Shown: piece by piece, positions 27,170-37,708 of the stretch
Position numbering within the stretch: position 1 is the first letter of the stretch
How the letters are laid out: every line of letters begins with the position of its first letter
From: Armatimonadota bacterium
Lineage (GTDB): Bacteria > Armatimonadota > SYMT01
DNA length: 64,000 bases
NCBI GenBank assembly: GCA_041690135.1
Contig: JAWLHY010000010.1
Location: 256,001 to 320,000, forward strand
Direction: 5' to 3'
Notes under the pieces: generated by a model
Databases searched by the model: none
What the model was told of the DNA's origin: nothing
The model's input: only the letters and a program-made list of their open reading frames with translations
Program-made: the position numbers and the translations under genes

Positions 27170-27367
27170 TCACACCATCCCGGAAAGCACGCTGAGCGCC
27201 TCCCGGAGGCGCTCGCGTGCTTCTTCCACCCGTTCGAGCACCTCTTGCTTTTGGGCGGTATCCGAGGCCTCAAGGTCCATAACGGCTTTGCGGAAGCGGT
27301 TGAGGTCCTGCAGGATCCGGTTACCGTCTAGGTAGACATCGTTCTCAGCTGCCATCGCTCGGGTCAT
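27170..27367 (-). CDS. Small helical hypothetical protein
   Basis: SD AGGAG; amphipathic 65 aa. Confidence 0.65.
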   Translation of the reverse strand: MTRAMAAENDVYLDGNRILQDLNRFRKAVMDLEASDTAQKQEVLERVEEARERLREALSVLSGMV

Positions 27368-27497
27368 CTGCTCCTGGACGTCCGGATGTTGGCATCCGGA
27401 CCCGATTCTGGGTGCTCCCTATCCCAAGAGTGGCTTGCCGAATCCCGGGTCACCCCTGGGAAGTCGGACGGCACTCCTTCGCCTCAGGTTCACAAAT

Positions 27498-28016
27498 ATG
27501 GAACGCAAGTTTCGCGCCGAAATGTACGGCGATCAGGAAGGAATTGCCGAAGTGCACCGGCAGGCATTCGGCCGCGAGAACGAAGCACGCCTGGTCGATA
27601 CTCTCCGAAACACCGTGAACTGGGTGCCCGAGCTCTCTCGGGTCGCTGTCCAGGAAGAGACCGTTGTCGGTCACGTCCTTTTCTCCCGCATTTATCTCGA
27701 AGGCAGCCCTGCCGAATCTCCCCTGCTTGCTCTAGGACCGATCGCGGTTCTTCCTTCCTTTCAGAGCCAGGGCATCGGGGGACAACTGATCCGTGACGGG
27801 CTCGAGCACGCCGGGCGGCTCGGCTTCACGGGCGTTGTGGTCCTGGGACACGCAAGCTACTATCCCCGCTTCGGCTTCGTTCCCGCAAGCCGACTTGGGA
27901 TCCGGTCCCCCATTGAGGTCCCGGACGAAGTCTACATGGCGCTCGAACTCCGCGCCGGCGCGCTTTCCGGCGTGGCCGGCACTGTGCGCTACCCGGAACC
28001 CTGGCTGCGGGTGTGA
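27498..28016 (+). CDS. GNAT N-acetyltransferase (YhbS-like)
   Basis: AFGRENEARLV, LGPIAVLP, QGIGGQL, LGHASYYPRFGF. Confidence 0.92.
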   Translation: MERKFRAEMYGDQEGIAEVHRQAFGRENEARLVDTLRNTVNWVPELSRVAVQEETVVGHVLFSRIYLEGSPAESPLLALGPIAVLPSFQSQGIGGQLIRDGLEHAGRLGFTGVVVLGHASYYPRFGFVPASRLGIRSPIEVPDEVYMALELRAGALSGVAGTVRYPEPWLRV

Positions 28017-28135
28017 AGCAATTCACACCCGCAGGCTCTTTCATCACCGAACCGCAACATCCTTAGGTCGTCCTTAGGGGAAACGATCGAACAGCAACCG
28101 GGCTGGCGAACGTTGAATTCCGAAGGAGACGACCC

Positions 28136-29461
28136 ATGCAACGGACTCCCCAGCGACTGGTGTTCACCGTGCTGTGCGCCATGGTGGTGACCAGCCTGTG
28201 CGCCGCGGCTACCGCGCAGTCCCGACCGCGCCGCGAAGGCCCCCCGCCCGGAGGGCGGGCTGAGCGCGGACAGGGCAACGGCGGGCAAAACAATCGTGGA
28301 CAGAGCAACGGCGGGGGTGGAAGGAACAACGACGGTGAACGGGGCAACGGCCGTCTCGGCGCGGCACCATTCCCGGGACTGAGCTCCGACCTCCAGGCCC
28401 GGTTCCAGGCGGGGCTGGAGGCGTTCACCCGCCGCAACGGCATTGAAGAAGGACTGGGGCCCGTGTACAACGGCCGGAGTTGTGCCGAGTGTCACGCGGC
28501 ACCCTCGGTCGGCGGTGCGAGCCCCGACGCCGGCCGGACCCGCGTCACCCGGTTCGGCCAGTTCCTGAACGGCAAATTCAGCGAACTGGAGGAACTGGGC
28601 GGCTCGCTGATCCAGCGGCGCTCCATCCGGGAGATCGATCCGGCCTGTCCCATCACCGGCGAGCGGGTGCCGCGCGAAGCCAACGTGGTCTCTCACCGGA
28701 TCACCCCGCCGATCTTCGGCGCTGGCCTGATCGAGGCGATCCCCGAAGCGCAGATCCTGACCCGGGAGGACCCGGACGACCTGGACGGGGACGGGATTTC
28801 CGGGCGGGCAAACCGGATCCAGAACTTCGAGACCGGCGCGGAGGAAGTGGGACGGTTCGGATGGCAAGCCCCGATCTCGACGCTGCACTTCTTCTCCGGT
28901 GCGGCCCTTAACGGTGAACTCGGCATTACCAACCCCAGCTTCCAGAACGAGAACCTGCCGCAGGGACAGCCGATCCTGGCGGAGTGGGACCGGACGCCGG
29001 AAACGGAGGACGATGGACGGGCCGTGGAAGCGATCGCCGACTTCATGCGCTACCTGGCACCCCTGCCGACCCGGCCCGCCACCGCCGCCTCCCGCCGCGG
29101 TGAAGCGCTGTTCACCTCCGTGGGCTGCGCGGCCTGCCACACGCCGGAGATGCAGACCGCCGGCAGCGACCCGGTCCTCGCCGGCAAAACGGTGCGGTTG
29201 TTCTCCGACCTACTGCTGCACGATATGGGCGACCGGTTGGCGGATGGCTTCCCGATGGGTCGCGCGACCGGACGCGAATGGCGCACGGCGCCCCTGTGGG
29301 GCGTGGCGTCGCGACCGGTGTGGATGCACGACGGGCGCGCCCGCTCGCTGGACGAGTCGATCCGGCTGCACGGCGGCGAGAGCGAGGCTTCGACGCAGCG
29401 GTACCTGGGTCTGAACCGGAACGATCGCCAGGCGCTTCTGGAGTTCCTCAGGACGCTGTAA
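28136..29461 (+). CDS. Di-heme oxidoreductase (DHOR) family protein
   Basis: GLGPVYN..CAECH, GRFGW, CAACH, SDLLLHDMG, WRTAPLWG, HDGRA. Confidence 0.9.
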   Translation: MQRTPQRLVFTVLCAMVVTSLCAAATAQSRPRREGPPPGGRAERGQGNGGQNNRGQSNGGGGRNNDGERGNGRLGAAPFPGLSSDLQARFQAGLEAFTRRNGIEEGLGPVYNGRSCAECHAAPSVGGASPDAGRTRVTRFGQFLNGKFSELEELGGSLIQRRSIREIDPACPITGERVPREANVVSHRITPPIFGAGLIEAIPEAQILTREDPDDLDGDGISGRANRIQNFETGAEEVGRFGWQAPISTLHFFSGAALNGELGITNPSFQNENLPQGQPILAEWDRTPETEDDGRAVEAIADFMRYLAPLPTRPATAASRRGEALFTSVGCAACHTPEMQTAGSDPVLAGKTVRLFSDLLLHDMGDRLADGFPMGRATGREWRTAPLWGVASRPVWMHDGRARSLDESIRLHGGESEASTQRYLGLNRNDRQALLEFLRTL

Positions 29462-29593
29462 CGGTCCCGAAAGACCGTGCAGGATCGGAAGCCAAGCAAT
29501 CCACTGGCTGGGGAGCCGGAACGATCACCTACGCAAGTGAAGGGCCCGCGGGTGGCGGCTTCGAGCGGCTACCCGCGCACCCTAGCCAGGCCT

Positions 29594-31000
29594 TCAGGAG
29601 CATTGGCTCACAGAGGCCGTCACGCCGCAGCCGGGGCATTCGAAGAGAAAGAACGTCGCGTAGTTCTCCAGGAACAGATTGAACTGCCCCGATAGTTCGG
29701 ACCGGTGGTTGATCGTGTCCAGGGTGTCCGAGTCCAGTTGGAGCACAAACGCCATGTCTTCCCGACAGAGCGGACATTCGGGCCACTCGTCTGACTGAAG
29801 CCAAAGGGGTAGCGAACCTGCGTGCGTCTGGTCCTCACGGCCTTCACGACCAGGGAATGCGCGGCCTGCCGGTTCCCAGATGAGGGACGCCTGCGGACCC
29901 TGGACTTTCCCTTTGTGGAAGTCCTCCAGATCCGCCGATTCAAAAGCGATCCGCACGGCCTGGCCGCCTCGCCAGAAGACATAGTGTGGGCCGAAGAAAA
30001 TACATTCCTGGCAGCGGATCAACCGCACATCCCGTCCCGGCCGCCCGATCCGATCGCCCGGAACGTGAAGGACTTCATGCCCCCTTCCGCCACAGTGAGG
30101 ACATGCGAGCGGCGCAGGCTGCAAGCCAACGCGGCTCAATCCGGGTGTAAGGGGCACCAACCGGCCGATATACTCGGCGCTCCGGAAACTCCGGGTCGGG
30201 TCACCATACGGCAGCTCCGCTTCCAACAGGAGAACGACGCTGCGCACCCAACAGCGAACGTCCGGGTCAGGTTCCAGCCGCGCGGAGAGGTGCTCCCGGA
30301 GCGTTTCCAGTTGGAAAGTGTCGGGATGCACGCGGTGCTGAGGAGAGAGGTCTTCCGGATAACGCCCGGTGGGCCGCTCCGGTGCATTGCTCCATCCCCG
30401 GGGCCGAGGCCGCGATCGATACGCTGCCGCCCCCACGCTCCAGGAGGCGTCTTCCAGCGCCCCGTCAAGCAGGTCTCGGTCACCTGGGTCATCCCACCTC
30501 CGGAGCACTTCGACTGCCGCCATCCGGGTTCGCACCTCCGGGGAGGCCATCAAGTTCCGCAGCGCCGGCCGTGCAGAGCGGTCATTGATCCGACCGATTG
30601 CACGGATGACTTCTTCGAGAAAGTACGGTTCGAGAGTCTCCAGCAGGGACTCCAACACCGGAACTGCCTCGGGCTCCTGGGATACGCCGAGAGCCCGAAC
30701 GGCTTGCCTGCGGGTCTCCAGGTCCTCGGTGCGGGCGAGAAGGGCTGCAAGCGGCTCCACCATCTCGGGCAAGGGTGCGTACAGCCGGATGGCAATCAGT
30801 CCATCGATCAGGGATCGAGCCGTTTCGCCGTCCGCGGAGTCCAACATTTCGAGGAGGCGAGGCAGCAGTAGCGCCCGGTCTCGGCGTAAACCACCCTGGG
30901 CATATTCGCCTTCCCCTCCTCTACGGAGCTTACGGCACAGTTCGAGCACGCCTTCGGGCGATTCAGGTGCTGCTCCGCTAACTCGCGGTCGTCTCGGCAT
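29594..31000 (-). CDS. HEAT-repeat protein with C-terminal Cys-rich YwqG/DUF1963-like domain
   Basis: PBS-lyase-like repeats (AVRALG, IRAIGRI); WLQSDEWPECPLC..MAFVLQLDS..CPGC..QCS. Confidence 0.7.
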   Translation of the reverse strand: MPRRPRVSGAAPESPEGVLELCRKLRRGGEGEYAQGGLRRDRALLLPRLLEMLDSADGETARSLIDGLIAIRLYAPLPEMVEPLAALLARTEDLETRRQAVRALGVSQEPEAVPVLESLLETLEPYFLEEVIRAIGRINDRSARPALRNLMASPEVRTRMAAVEVLRRWDDPGDRDLLDGALEDASWSVGAAAYRSRPRPRGWSNAPERPTGRYPEDLSPQHRVHPDTFQLETLREHLSARLEPDPDVRCWVRSVVLLLEAELPYGDPTRSFRSAEYIGRLVPLTPGLSRVGLQPAPLACPHCGGRGHEVLHVPGDRIGRPGRDVRLIRCQECIFFGPHYVFWRGGQAVRIAFESADLEDFHKGKVQGPQASLIWEPAGRAFPGREGREDQTHAGSLPLWLQSDEWPECPLCREDMAFVLQLDSDTLDTINHRSELSGQFNLFLENYATFFLFECPGCGVTASVSQCS

Positions 31001-31365
31001 GAGGTTGAATTCCACAGGACGCTTGGGAAAACTCGCCCTTGCGCGAACGCCCCCTTCGGAACGCTCAAGGCGTACCGGACACGTGCCGGCACCTCCCACA
31101 TCGAGAGGTTGTCCGAGTTGGGGGCCATTTCCTCACGACAGGGCTCACACCCAGCCAACCCACACAATCCGCAAAGGCACCAGGCAGGCACAACTTATCG
31201 GCGAATTTCCCGTGGTGAGCCCGTAAGATCTGCGGCCGAACGACGGAAAGCAGTAATCTATGCACAAGGACGGCGCAACTTTGAATGGCCTTATGCCGTT
31301 TACCCAACCAGGCTCCGCCCCCAACCCGCGGGTCCGCGGGCCCTTAAGCGCCCGACCAGGAGGCA

Positions 31366-32196
31366 TTGATGGATAACAACCAACCCAAACTCCCCTACCG
31401 CGTAACCGAGACCCTGACACGCGGCGGAACCACCTTCGAGCTGCTGGAATACGAACCCCTCGCCGGAAACGAATCGGTGAGTACCGCCATCCAGTGCTAC
31501 GAGATGAACCGGGCCGGGGTGCGCCTGCGCCAGCTGCGCCTGCGCCTGAACAACGATGCCGTCCGCACCGAGCCGGGCGCCCTGATGTTTATGAAGGGCA
31601 ACCTGGAGATGGAGAGCAGCACCGGCGGCGGGGGTGGCTTGGGAGGCTTTGCCAAGGCGGCGCTGGCGGCGGCGCGCACCGGGGAGTCGGTGTTCAAGCC
31701 CCTCTATCGCGGGACCGGCGAGGTCTACCTGGAGCCGACTTTCGGTTACTACTGGCTGATAGAGATGAACAACGAGGTGCTGATTGCGGATCAGGGCCTC
31801 TTCAGTTGCTGCGAAGACTCGCTGAAAGTGGAAGCACACAAGGTGGAGAGCTTCAGCGCCCGGGTGGCCGGCGGAGAGGGCCGCTATCAGACAAAGGTGA
31901 CGGGATCGGGCGTGGTCGTGTTCAAGATCCCCGTTCCCCGCTCCGAGATCGTGGAGATGACCCTGAATGGTGACGCGCTCCATGTGGACGGCTCGTTCGC
32001 CCTGCTGCGGACGGGAGACGTGAAGTTTAGCGTGGAGAAGGCCTCCACCACGCTGGTGGGCGCCGTGACCAGCGGCGAAGGGCTCCTACAGGTATTCCGC
32101 GGCACCGGCAAAGTGTGGCTGGCGCCCACACAGCCGGCTTACAACAGCCTGGGCGGTTTCGGAGCGCTCCATACCCTGGCTGCCGGGACCAGCTAA
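31366..32196 (+). CDS. AIM24 family protein
   Basis: EPGALMFMKG, TGESVFKPLYRGTGEVYLEP, SGEGLLQVFRGTGKVWLAP. Confidence 0.9.
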   Translation: MMDNNQPKLPYRVTETLTRGGTTFELLEYEPLAGNESVSTAIQCYEMNRAGVRLRQLRLRLNNDAVRTEPGALMFMKGNLEMESSTGGGGGLGGFAKAALAAARTGESVFKPLYRGTGEVYLEPTFGYYWLIEMNNEVLIADQGLFSCCEDSLKVEAHKVESFSARVAGGEGRYQTKVTGSGVVVFKIPVPRSEIVEMTLNGDALHVDGSFALLRTGDVKFSVEKASTTLVGAVTSGEGLLQVFRGTGKVWLAPTQPAYNSLGGFGALHTLAAGTS

Positions 32197-32361
32197 GAGC
32201 CCGTCTAAGAAGTGGAGTAGCGGCCTACGACTGGCTGCGAGCGGAGCATGCGTCGTCGGGCCACCAGGCACGGTCATGCTTCGAGAACGAGCCCGGCGTC
32301 CCTCCTAGCCTGCCCCGCTCTCGCTCAGTCTCGGCTTCGCTCCCATTTCTTAGACAGGCTC
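32197..32361. mobile_element. 165-bp MITE with IS5-like ends and TAA target duplication
   Basis: TIRs GAGCCCGTCTAAGAAGTGG / CCATTTCTTAGACAGGCTC (17/19); TAA at 32194-96 and 32362-64. Confidence 0.8.
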
Positions 32362-32405
32362 TAAGGGACTGCTCAACAAGAGCCGCTACAGCTGGGCGAG
32401 TGACG

Positions 32406-32503
32406 ACCCACAAGTGGGTGCCCCGGCTACACAAGGCGACTGCCCACACCCACTCTGTGGGTACCCGGCGCCCGCACCCACACCCACACCGTGGGTACCC
32501 GGG
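32406..32503. repeat. Three REP-like hairpin units
   Basis: ACCCAC-N2/3-GTGGGT followed by (A/G)CCC(C)GG at 32406, 32448, 32482. Confidence 0.75.
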
Positions 32504-32604
32504 CGTAAACCTTCGTCGGCTGGGGACCCTGTAGTGGTTATACTTTGACAATCCCTAACTCCCGAAGTGAACCAGGGGCGCCGGAGGATCCACAATGACT
32601 GCGT

Positions 32605-33246
32605 ATGAACGCTGCTGAACCTGTATCCCCCGGCGCTCCCACTCAACCGCGGCGACCGGCCATGCTCACGAGCTCGCTTGTGGCCGGAGCATTGCTGGTC
32701 GCCTTGCAGATATTCGAGTGGAACCTGGTCGACCTCCTCACCCCCTTCGTGGCGCCGCTGCTAGCACTGCCGGTCCTTGGCCTGTTTATCCTGATTAGCC
32801 TCGGCGCCCTGGTAGAAGGCGTCACCGGTCTGTGGCGGCGACAACCGCGGCGCCTGCAGCCGCTGGGCGTGTGCCTCGCCGCCTTCGGAATTGCCTTCGG
32901 GGTGCCGTGGACGGACGTGATGCTGGATGTGGACTTCCGGCTGCACCGCCGGGCGCGCGAGGAGGTGGTGCGTATGGTCCACGCGGAGGAGTTGAAGCCC
33001 GATGCGCGTTTTGGAACCGGTCTTATCCAACTCCCCGAACGTTACCGGCACCTTTCGTCCGGAGGCGGAGAGATCGTGCTGGACGGATTCGACGTGCTCT
33101 TTTACACCTACCGCGGAACTCTGGACAACTTTTCCGGCTTTGTTTACAGTCCCAGCGGAGAGCCTCCTCCACCCCAGAAGTTCGGTGGAGTACTGCGGAA
33201 GGTAACTCGCAAGGACGCTCACTGGTTCTGGGTATCCGCCAGTTGA
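32605..33246 (+). CDS. Hypothetical membrane protein
   Basis: 3 TM segments plus soluble domain (LDNFSGFVYS, HWFW). Confidence 0.75.
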   Translation: MNAAEPVSPGAPTQPRRPAMLTSSLVAGALLVALQIFEWNLVDLLTPFVAPLLALPVLGLFILISLGALVEGVTGLWRRQPRRLQPLGVCLAAFGIAFGVPWTDVMLDVDFRLHRRAREEVVRMVHAEELKPDARFGTGLIQLPERYRHLSSGGGEIVLDGFDVLFYTYRGTLDNFSGFVYSPSGEPPPPQKFGGVLRKVTRKDAHWFWVSAS

Positions 33247-33336
33247 GGCAGTTTTTTGGAAACGGGGTCCATCGTTGCTCTCAGAACAAGCGTGCGGCAG
33301 GATAGGGCTCTTCAGCGGGCACACAGGAGTCCCGGA

Positions 33337-33807
33337 ATGGACGAACTTCCAATGGAACGCCTGGCGCAAGCCGTTAAGGAGAAGTGGCTGGAATTGGGCT
33401 TGCGCTTGATCCCAGGCGCAACGGAGGCTGAGTTTAATGCCTTCGAACAACAACACGGTGCGATCCTGCCGCCGGACGTTCGCTGCTTTCTTCAAACGGT
33501 TGGCGGCCTGGAAGAGTGCGCCTGGGACAATGAGATGGTGGACTGGTACTCGCTTGACCGTTGGGAGCGACTGGCAACCACCTACGCAATTCCCGAGGAG
33601 ATTGAGCACAAGAACGATTACTTCGTGTTTGCGGACTACAGCCTGAGAGCCATCCTCTATGCCGTGCGCCTCGGTCCTACACCTGGAACTGCGAGCCGCG
33701 TTCTGGGTCACACGGGTGGTGGGCGCATACCCTACTGGTATCTCGCCGATTCTTTCACCGAATTGATCGAGGCCTATCTCCGCGATTCATCCATTGTGTT
33801 GGGATAA
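33337..33807 (+). CDS. SMI1/KNR4 (SUKH) family immunity-like protein
   Basis: GATEAEFNAFEQQHGAILPPDVRCFL..GG, FADY, LADSFTELIE. Confidence 0.85.
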   Translation: MDELPMERLAQAVKEKWLELGLRLIPGATEAEFNAFEQQHGAILPPDVRCFLQTVGGLEECAWDNEMVDWYSLDRWERLATTYAIPEEIEHKNDYFVFADYSLRAILYAVRLGPTPGTASRVLGHTGGGRIPYWYLADSFTELIEAYLRDSSIVLG

Positions 33808-33897
33808 CATCGCCCGCCGCGGTTAGGTTGGAGACAGGAAACGTGCCCCCGAGCCCCGAACAGTCCGTTAATTGACGGACGACCGAGGGCTTTAAGG

Positions 33898-35175
33898 ATG
33901 CTGCGCCTGATCCTGATCGTGTGCGTGATGTTGTGCTGCACCGCCGCTCCCGCCGCGGCGGAGATCCTGGTGGGAGCCGGAAAGCGGGGGATCACCCCCA
34001 ATCCCCTGCTGCCCGTTTCCGGCGGGTTGGGCCCCACTCGCCCCGCCCGTGAGAAGCGTGGCGACCTCACCGCCCGTGCCCTGTACCTGAAGCGCGGGGA
34101 CACCGCGGTCGCAATTGTGAGCCTCGACCTGCTGGGGTTCCCCTCCGTGCTGGCGGAGCGGGTCCGCGCACGGGTACCGCGTATCCCTGCCGAGAACATC
34201 CTGATCGGCGCGACGCACACCCACAGCGCTCCGGACTGCTACGCCTTCCCGGACGGCAAAGGGGGCCACACCGGCGACCTGGCCTACATGGACCGGGTGT
34301 GCGTGCTCGCGGCGGAAGCAATCAACGCGGCCATCGATGCCGCCCAGCCTGCCCGGATCCGGATTGCCACCGGCGAGGCACGAGGCAAGCTGGCGTACAA
34401 CTTCTACGCGCCGGACCTGTACGACCGCCGGATGAGCGTGGTCCAGGCCGTGACCCCCGCCGGCAAAACCCTTGCCACCCTCGTAAACTACGCCATCCAC
34501 CCCGAGGTGCTCGGCAACGATATCGGCATCCTGAGCCCCGACCTGTGCGGACCGCTCTACGACCGCATCGAGGAGCGGGCGGGCGGCATGGCCCTCTTTA
34601 TGAACGGCGCCCAGGGCGGGATGATCACGGCCGATAACCGGGACCTGGAGAAGCCGAAGGATGCCCTCCGCGGTTACTGGGAAGACAAACGCACCTGGGA
34701 AGAATGCCTGCGGATCGGTCACACCCTGGCGGACGAAGCGCTGCGCCTGGTGAAGGATGCGCCGGTGGAGGCGGACCCCGGCCTCCTGTGCCGAAGTATG
34801 ATGGTGACCCTGCCGGTGGAGTCCGACGCGATCTGGGGGGTGGTCCAGCATTCGCCGCTCAAGTACCCACACGGGAAGGACCGTACCGTCCGCACCCGGG
34901 TCAACCTGATCAACCTCGGGACGGCCCAAATCTTGACCATCCCCGGCGAAGCGCTCCCGAACATCGGCTTCTACCTGAAGCGGAAGATGCGGGGCAAGCA
35001 CCAGCTCCTCTTCGGCCTCACCAACGACGCCTTTGGCTACATCCTGACGAAGGTGGACTTCAATAGCTTTCCCCGCTACGACTACGTTTCGCGCACCTCA
35101 CTGGGCGAGATGACCGGTGAGATCTTGATCGAGAAGTGGCTGGAGTTGGTACGGACCAGCCCCGGGCCGGATTAA
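33898..35175 (+). CDS. Secreted neutral/alkaline ceramidase-like hydrolase
   Basis: Signal peptide, ITP, ARAL, ATHTHSAPD, NYAIHPE, NGAQG, IPGE. Confidence 0.8.
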   Translation: MLRLILIVCVMLCCTAAPAAAEILVGAGKRGITPNPLLPVSGGLGPTRPAREKRGDLTARALYLKRGDTAVAIVSLDLLGFPSVLAERVRARVPRIPAENILIGATHTHSAPDCYAFPDGKGGHTGDLAYMDRVCVLAAEAINAAIDAAQPARIRIATGEARGKLAYNFYAPDLYDRRMSVVQAVTPAGKTLATLVNYAIHPEVLGNDIGILSPDLCGPLYDRIEERAGGMALFMNGAQGGMITADNRDLEKPKDALRGYWEDKRTWEECLRIGHTLADEALRLVKDAPVEADPGLLCRSMMVTLPVESDAIWGVVQHSPLKYPHGKDRTVRTRVNLINLGTAQILTIPGEALPNIGFYLKRKMRGKHQLLFGLTNDAFGYILTKVDFNSFPRYDYVSRTSLGEMTGEILIEKWLELVRTSPGPD

Positions 35176-35205
35176 GATTCGGATGAGGATTAGGATGAAG
35201 AGGGA
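35170..35205. repeat. Degenerate 6-nt tandem repeat
   Basis: gattaa gattcg gatgag gattag gatgaa gaggga, overlapping a stop codon. Confidence 0.7.
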
Positions 35206-35399
35206 TGGGTGCGGCGGCGGGAGGGATGCGCGTTTGGCATTCCGCCGCAAGACTTTGACACAGAGGGACACGGAGGGGAACGAGAAGGGACACAAATTCT
35301 CCTCCGGACACAAGGTTGCCACCAGGCCGTTCGTTAGACTCTTCGACGACGGGGCCGGCTACACCACCCGGTGAAGAATGCCGACGCTCTGGATCAGGT

Positions 35400-36056
35400 A
35401 TGAACACCCGCATCATTCTTGCTGGTGGGGGCGATGAACGGGATTCGCGACCGCTGGATGAGAATTTCGCTCGCTGGATCGGCGTGACGGGACGGCTGCT
35501 TTATCTGCCGGTGGCCATGGAGGGCTCGTCCAGGGTGTTCGCCGTCTGCTGCGAATGGATCGAGGGTGTTTTCCGGCCGCTTGGGGTGATCGATATTACG
35601 ATGTGGACCAACCTTCGCCAGCACGCGCCTGACGAACTGGACGGCTTCACGGCCCTTTACCTCGGTGGCGGCAACACCTACCGGCTGCTCCACGAGATCC
35701 GCGCGGCCGCATTCGCGGAGGCAATCCAAGATTTCGTCGCCGGCGGCGGACCCGTGTATGGCGGAAGCGCGGGCGCGATCCTGCTGGGCCGCGACATCGG
35801 CACCTGCGCCCACATGGACGCCAACACCGTGGGACTAAAGGACACCCGCGGACTCGACCAGATCTCCGGACACGCAGTGTGGTGTCACTACCGGCCATCG
35901 GACGACCCCATGATCCACACCTACTGCCGGAAACAGGAGATACCCGTCCTGGCCGTGGCGGAGCGCGGCGGTGTGGAGATCGAAGGCGACCGGCTCGTGG
36001 CCTGCGGGTACGAGCCCGTGTTCCGGTTCGAAGCCGGAGAAAAGCAAGCGATCTAG
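35400..36056 (+). CDS. Peptidase E (S51)-like glutamine-amidotransferase-fold protein
   Basis: LAGGG, YLGGGNT, YGGSAGA, WCHY. Confidence 0.85.
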   Translation: MNTRIILAGGGDERDSRPLDENFARWIGVTGRLLYLPVAMEGSSRVFAVCCEWIEGVFRPLGVIDITMWTNLRQHAPDELDGFTALYLGGGNTYRLLHEIRAAAFAEAIQDFVAGGGPVYGGSAGAILLGRDIGTCAHMDANTVGLKDTRGLDQISGHAVWCHYRPSDDPMIHTYCRKQEIPVLAVAERGGVEIEGDRLVACGYEPVFRFEAGEKQAI

Positions 36057-36140
36057 GCGCATCTGCCCCTATCCATTTGCCAGCTCTGAAATTCCGAAGG
36101 CCAGGGCGGCTCCGCCGACCGTTAGCAAGGAGGAACCGGA

Positions 36141-36770
36141 ATGTCCCTGCGCGCCTACATCACCTCCTTTGACCTCCAGAAAATGCAGTCCCTGCTCGGC
36201 AGCCGGAAAGAAAGCACCGTTCAGACTGCCGCGAAGATTCTGCGGGAGGAGTTCGATCTGGATGCACTCGACGAAGATGAGGCTGCCGAGTATGCGGAGA
36301 GGATCGAGGCAATCCTGGCCATCTGCCGGCGAGCCGTTGATGAAGGGGTGCCGTTCCCGGACCTAAAGGAAGAAAACGAGGACCACGTGACCGCCGCGGA
36401 AACGCTGGCGGTGGTGGGACAGAAACACGGGTATACCTCGTTCGAAGACTGGAAGGTGACCCAGGCCTTCTATCCGCTACTCCACGACTATTCGGCGGCG
36501 CTATCGCCTCGCGGGCGGGAACTGCTGACGTTCCTCGATGAAGGCCGCCCGCTTTTCGGCCGCAAGCTCGAGACCGGCTGGTCCTACTACGCTTACCTCA
36601 CCGCCGACGAGGTAAAGGAGCTCCACGCCGCGCTCGTGGCACTCCAGGAAAGCCACCCGGAACTGAAAGGGGAAGAGTACCTGGGTGGCTTCGTGGAGTC
36701 GCTGGTCGAGGCGCTCGCCGGAATCTCGCGCAAGCGGAAGGCGCGCGATCTCTGGCTGGAAGCCGGCTGA
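36141..36770 (+). CDS. Hypothetical protein
   Basis: SD AAGGAGG; 209-aa ORF with genome-like codons. Confidence 0.8.
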   Translation: MSLRAYITSFDLQKMQSLLGSRKESTVQTAAKILREEFDLDALDEDEAAEYAERIEAILAICRRAVDEGVPFPDLKEENEDHVTAAETLAVVGQKHGYTSFEDWKVTQAFYPLLHDYSAALSPRGRELLTFLDEGRPLFGRKLETGWSYYAYLTADEVKELHAALVALQESHPELKGEEYLGGFVESLVEALAGISRKRKARDLWLEAG

Positions 36771-36772
36771 TA

Positions 36773-37708
36773 TTAGCCTCGCCGGGAGCGCTTTGCCAGG
36801 GCCGCCTCCTTCATCATTTGCTGGAGTGGACGAAACTGCGCCTCCAGGAGGCCCGCCACTTCCTTGCCCGCACCCTCGGGTGTTCCGGCCTGGAACGGGG
36901 GCTGCGGGTCGTACTCGGTACTGAGCTGCAGAGCACGAGCCATTCGCTCGCTGCGGAGCCGTGCCGCGAGCTGCAGCGCGAAGTCCACGCCCGCCGTGAC
37001 CCCCGCCCCCGTCATGCGGTTGCGGTCCTCCACCACGCGCGCTTTCACGGGAGTCGCTCCGAAGAGGGGCAACACCGAGTCGCGGAGCGCCCAGTGAGAC
37101 GTAGCTTTGTAACCCTGGAGCAGGCCCGCCGCCCCCAGCACCAGCGATCCCGTGCACACGCTCGTCACCCACTGGGCGGTCTTGCCCCGAGAGGCGACGA
37201 AGTCCAGCACCTCGTCATCCTGCATCACCGCCAGGGTACCCGGGCCACCACCCGGGACCAGCAGCACCGCCAGGTTCTCGGGACACTCGGCAAAAGTCTT
37301 CGTCGGAAGGATCGGCACTCCCGAGTCGCTCACCACCGGCTTCGCGGTATCTTTCCACACCAGGTGGACTTCCACGTTCCCCATCCCCGCCAGAATCTGC
37401 TGCGGCCCGATGAGGTCGAGGGCGGTCATTTGTGGATAGACCAGCATCGCGATCTGCTGGGGCGGCCCCTCCGGGATCCCGAACCGCTCCCGGATCTCCT
37501 GGGGAATGCGCTCCGGAGTTTCCGGTTTGGGCGGGGCGGACGGCTCCGGCGCCGGGGTTTCCGCCGCTTCGAACGCCAGGGCGGCGCTATTGCCCGCGGC
37601 GAGCCCTGCAACTGCGGAGGTCGACACCGCGAGACCGATTGCCCGCCGCACCAACTCCCGCCGGTTCATCTCGCCCCTATTCCCGCTCGAAAGCGTCTGC
37701 CGCTTCAT
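36773..37708 (-). CDS. DJ-1/PfpI family (isonitrile hydratase-like) protein with Tat signal
   Basis: NRRELV signal; TALDLIGP, VPGG, SVCTGS, ATSHW, GVTAGVDFAL, EYDPQPPF. Confidence 0.9.
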   Translation of the reverse strand: MKRQTLSSGNRGEMNRRELVRRAIGLAVSTSAVAGLAAGNSAALAFEAAETPAPEPSAPPKPETPERIPQEIRERFGIPEGPPQQIAMLVYPQMTALDLIGPQQILAGMGNVEVHLVWKDTAKPVVSDSGVPILPTKTFAECPENLAVLLVPGGGPGTLAVMQDDEVLDFVASRGKTAQWVTSVCTGSLVLGAAGLLQGYKATSHWALRDSVLPLFGATPVKARVVEDRNRMTGAGVTAGVDFALQLAARLRSERMARALQLSTEYDPQPPFQAGTPEGAGKEVAGLLEAQFRPLQQMMKEAALAKRSRRG

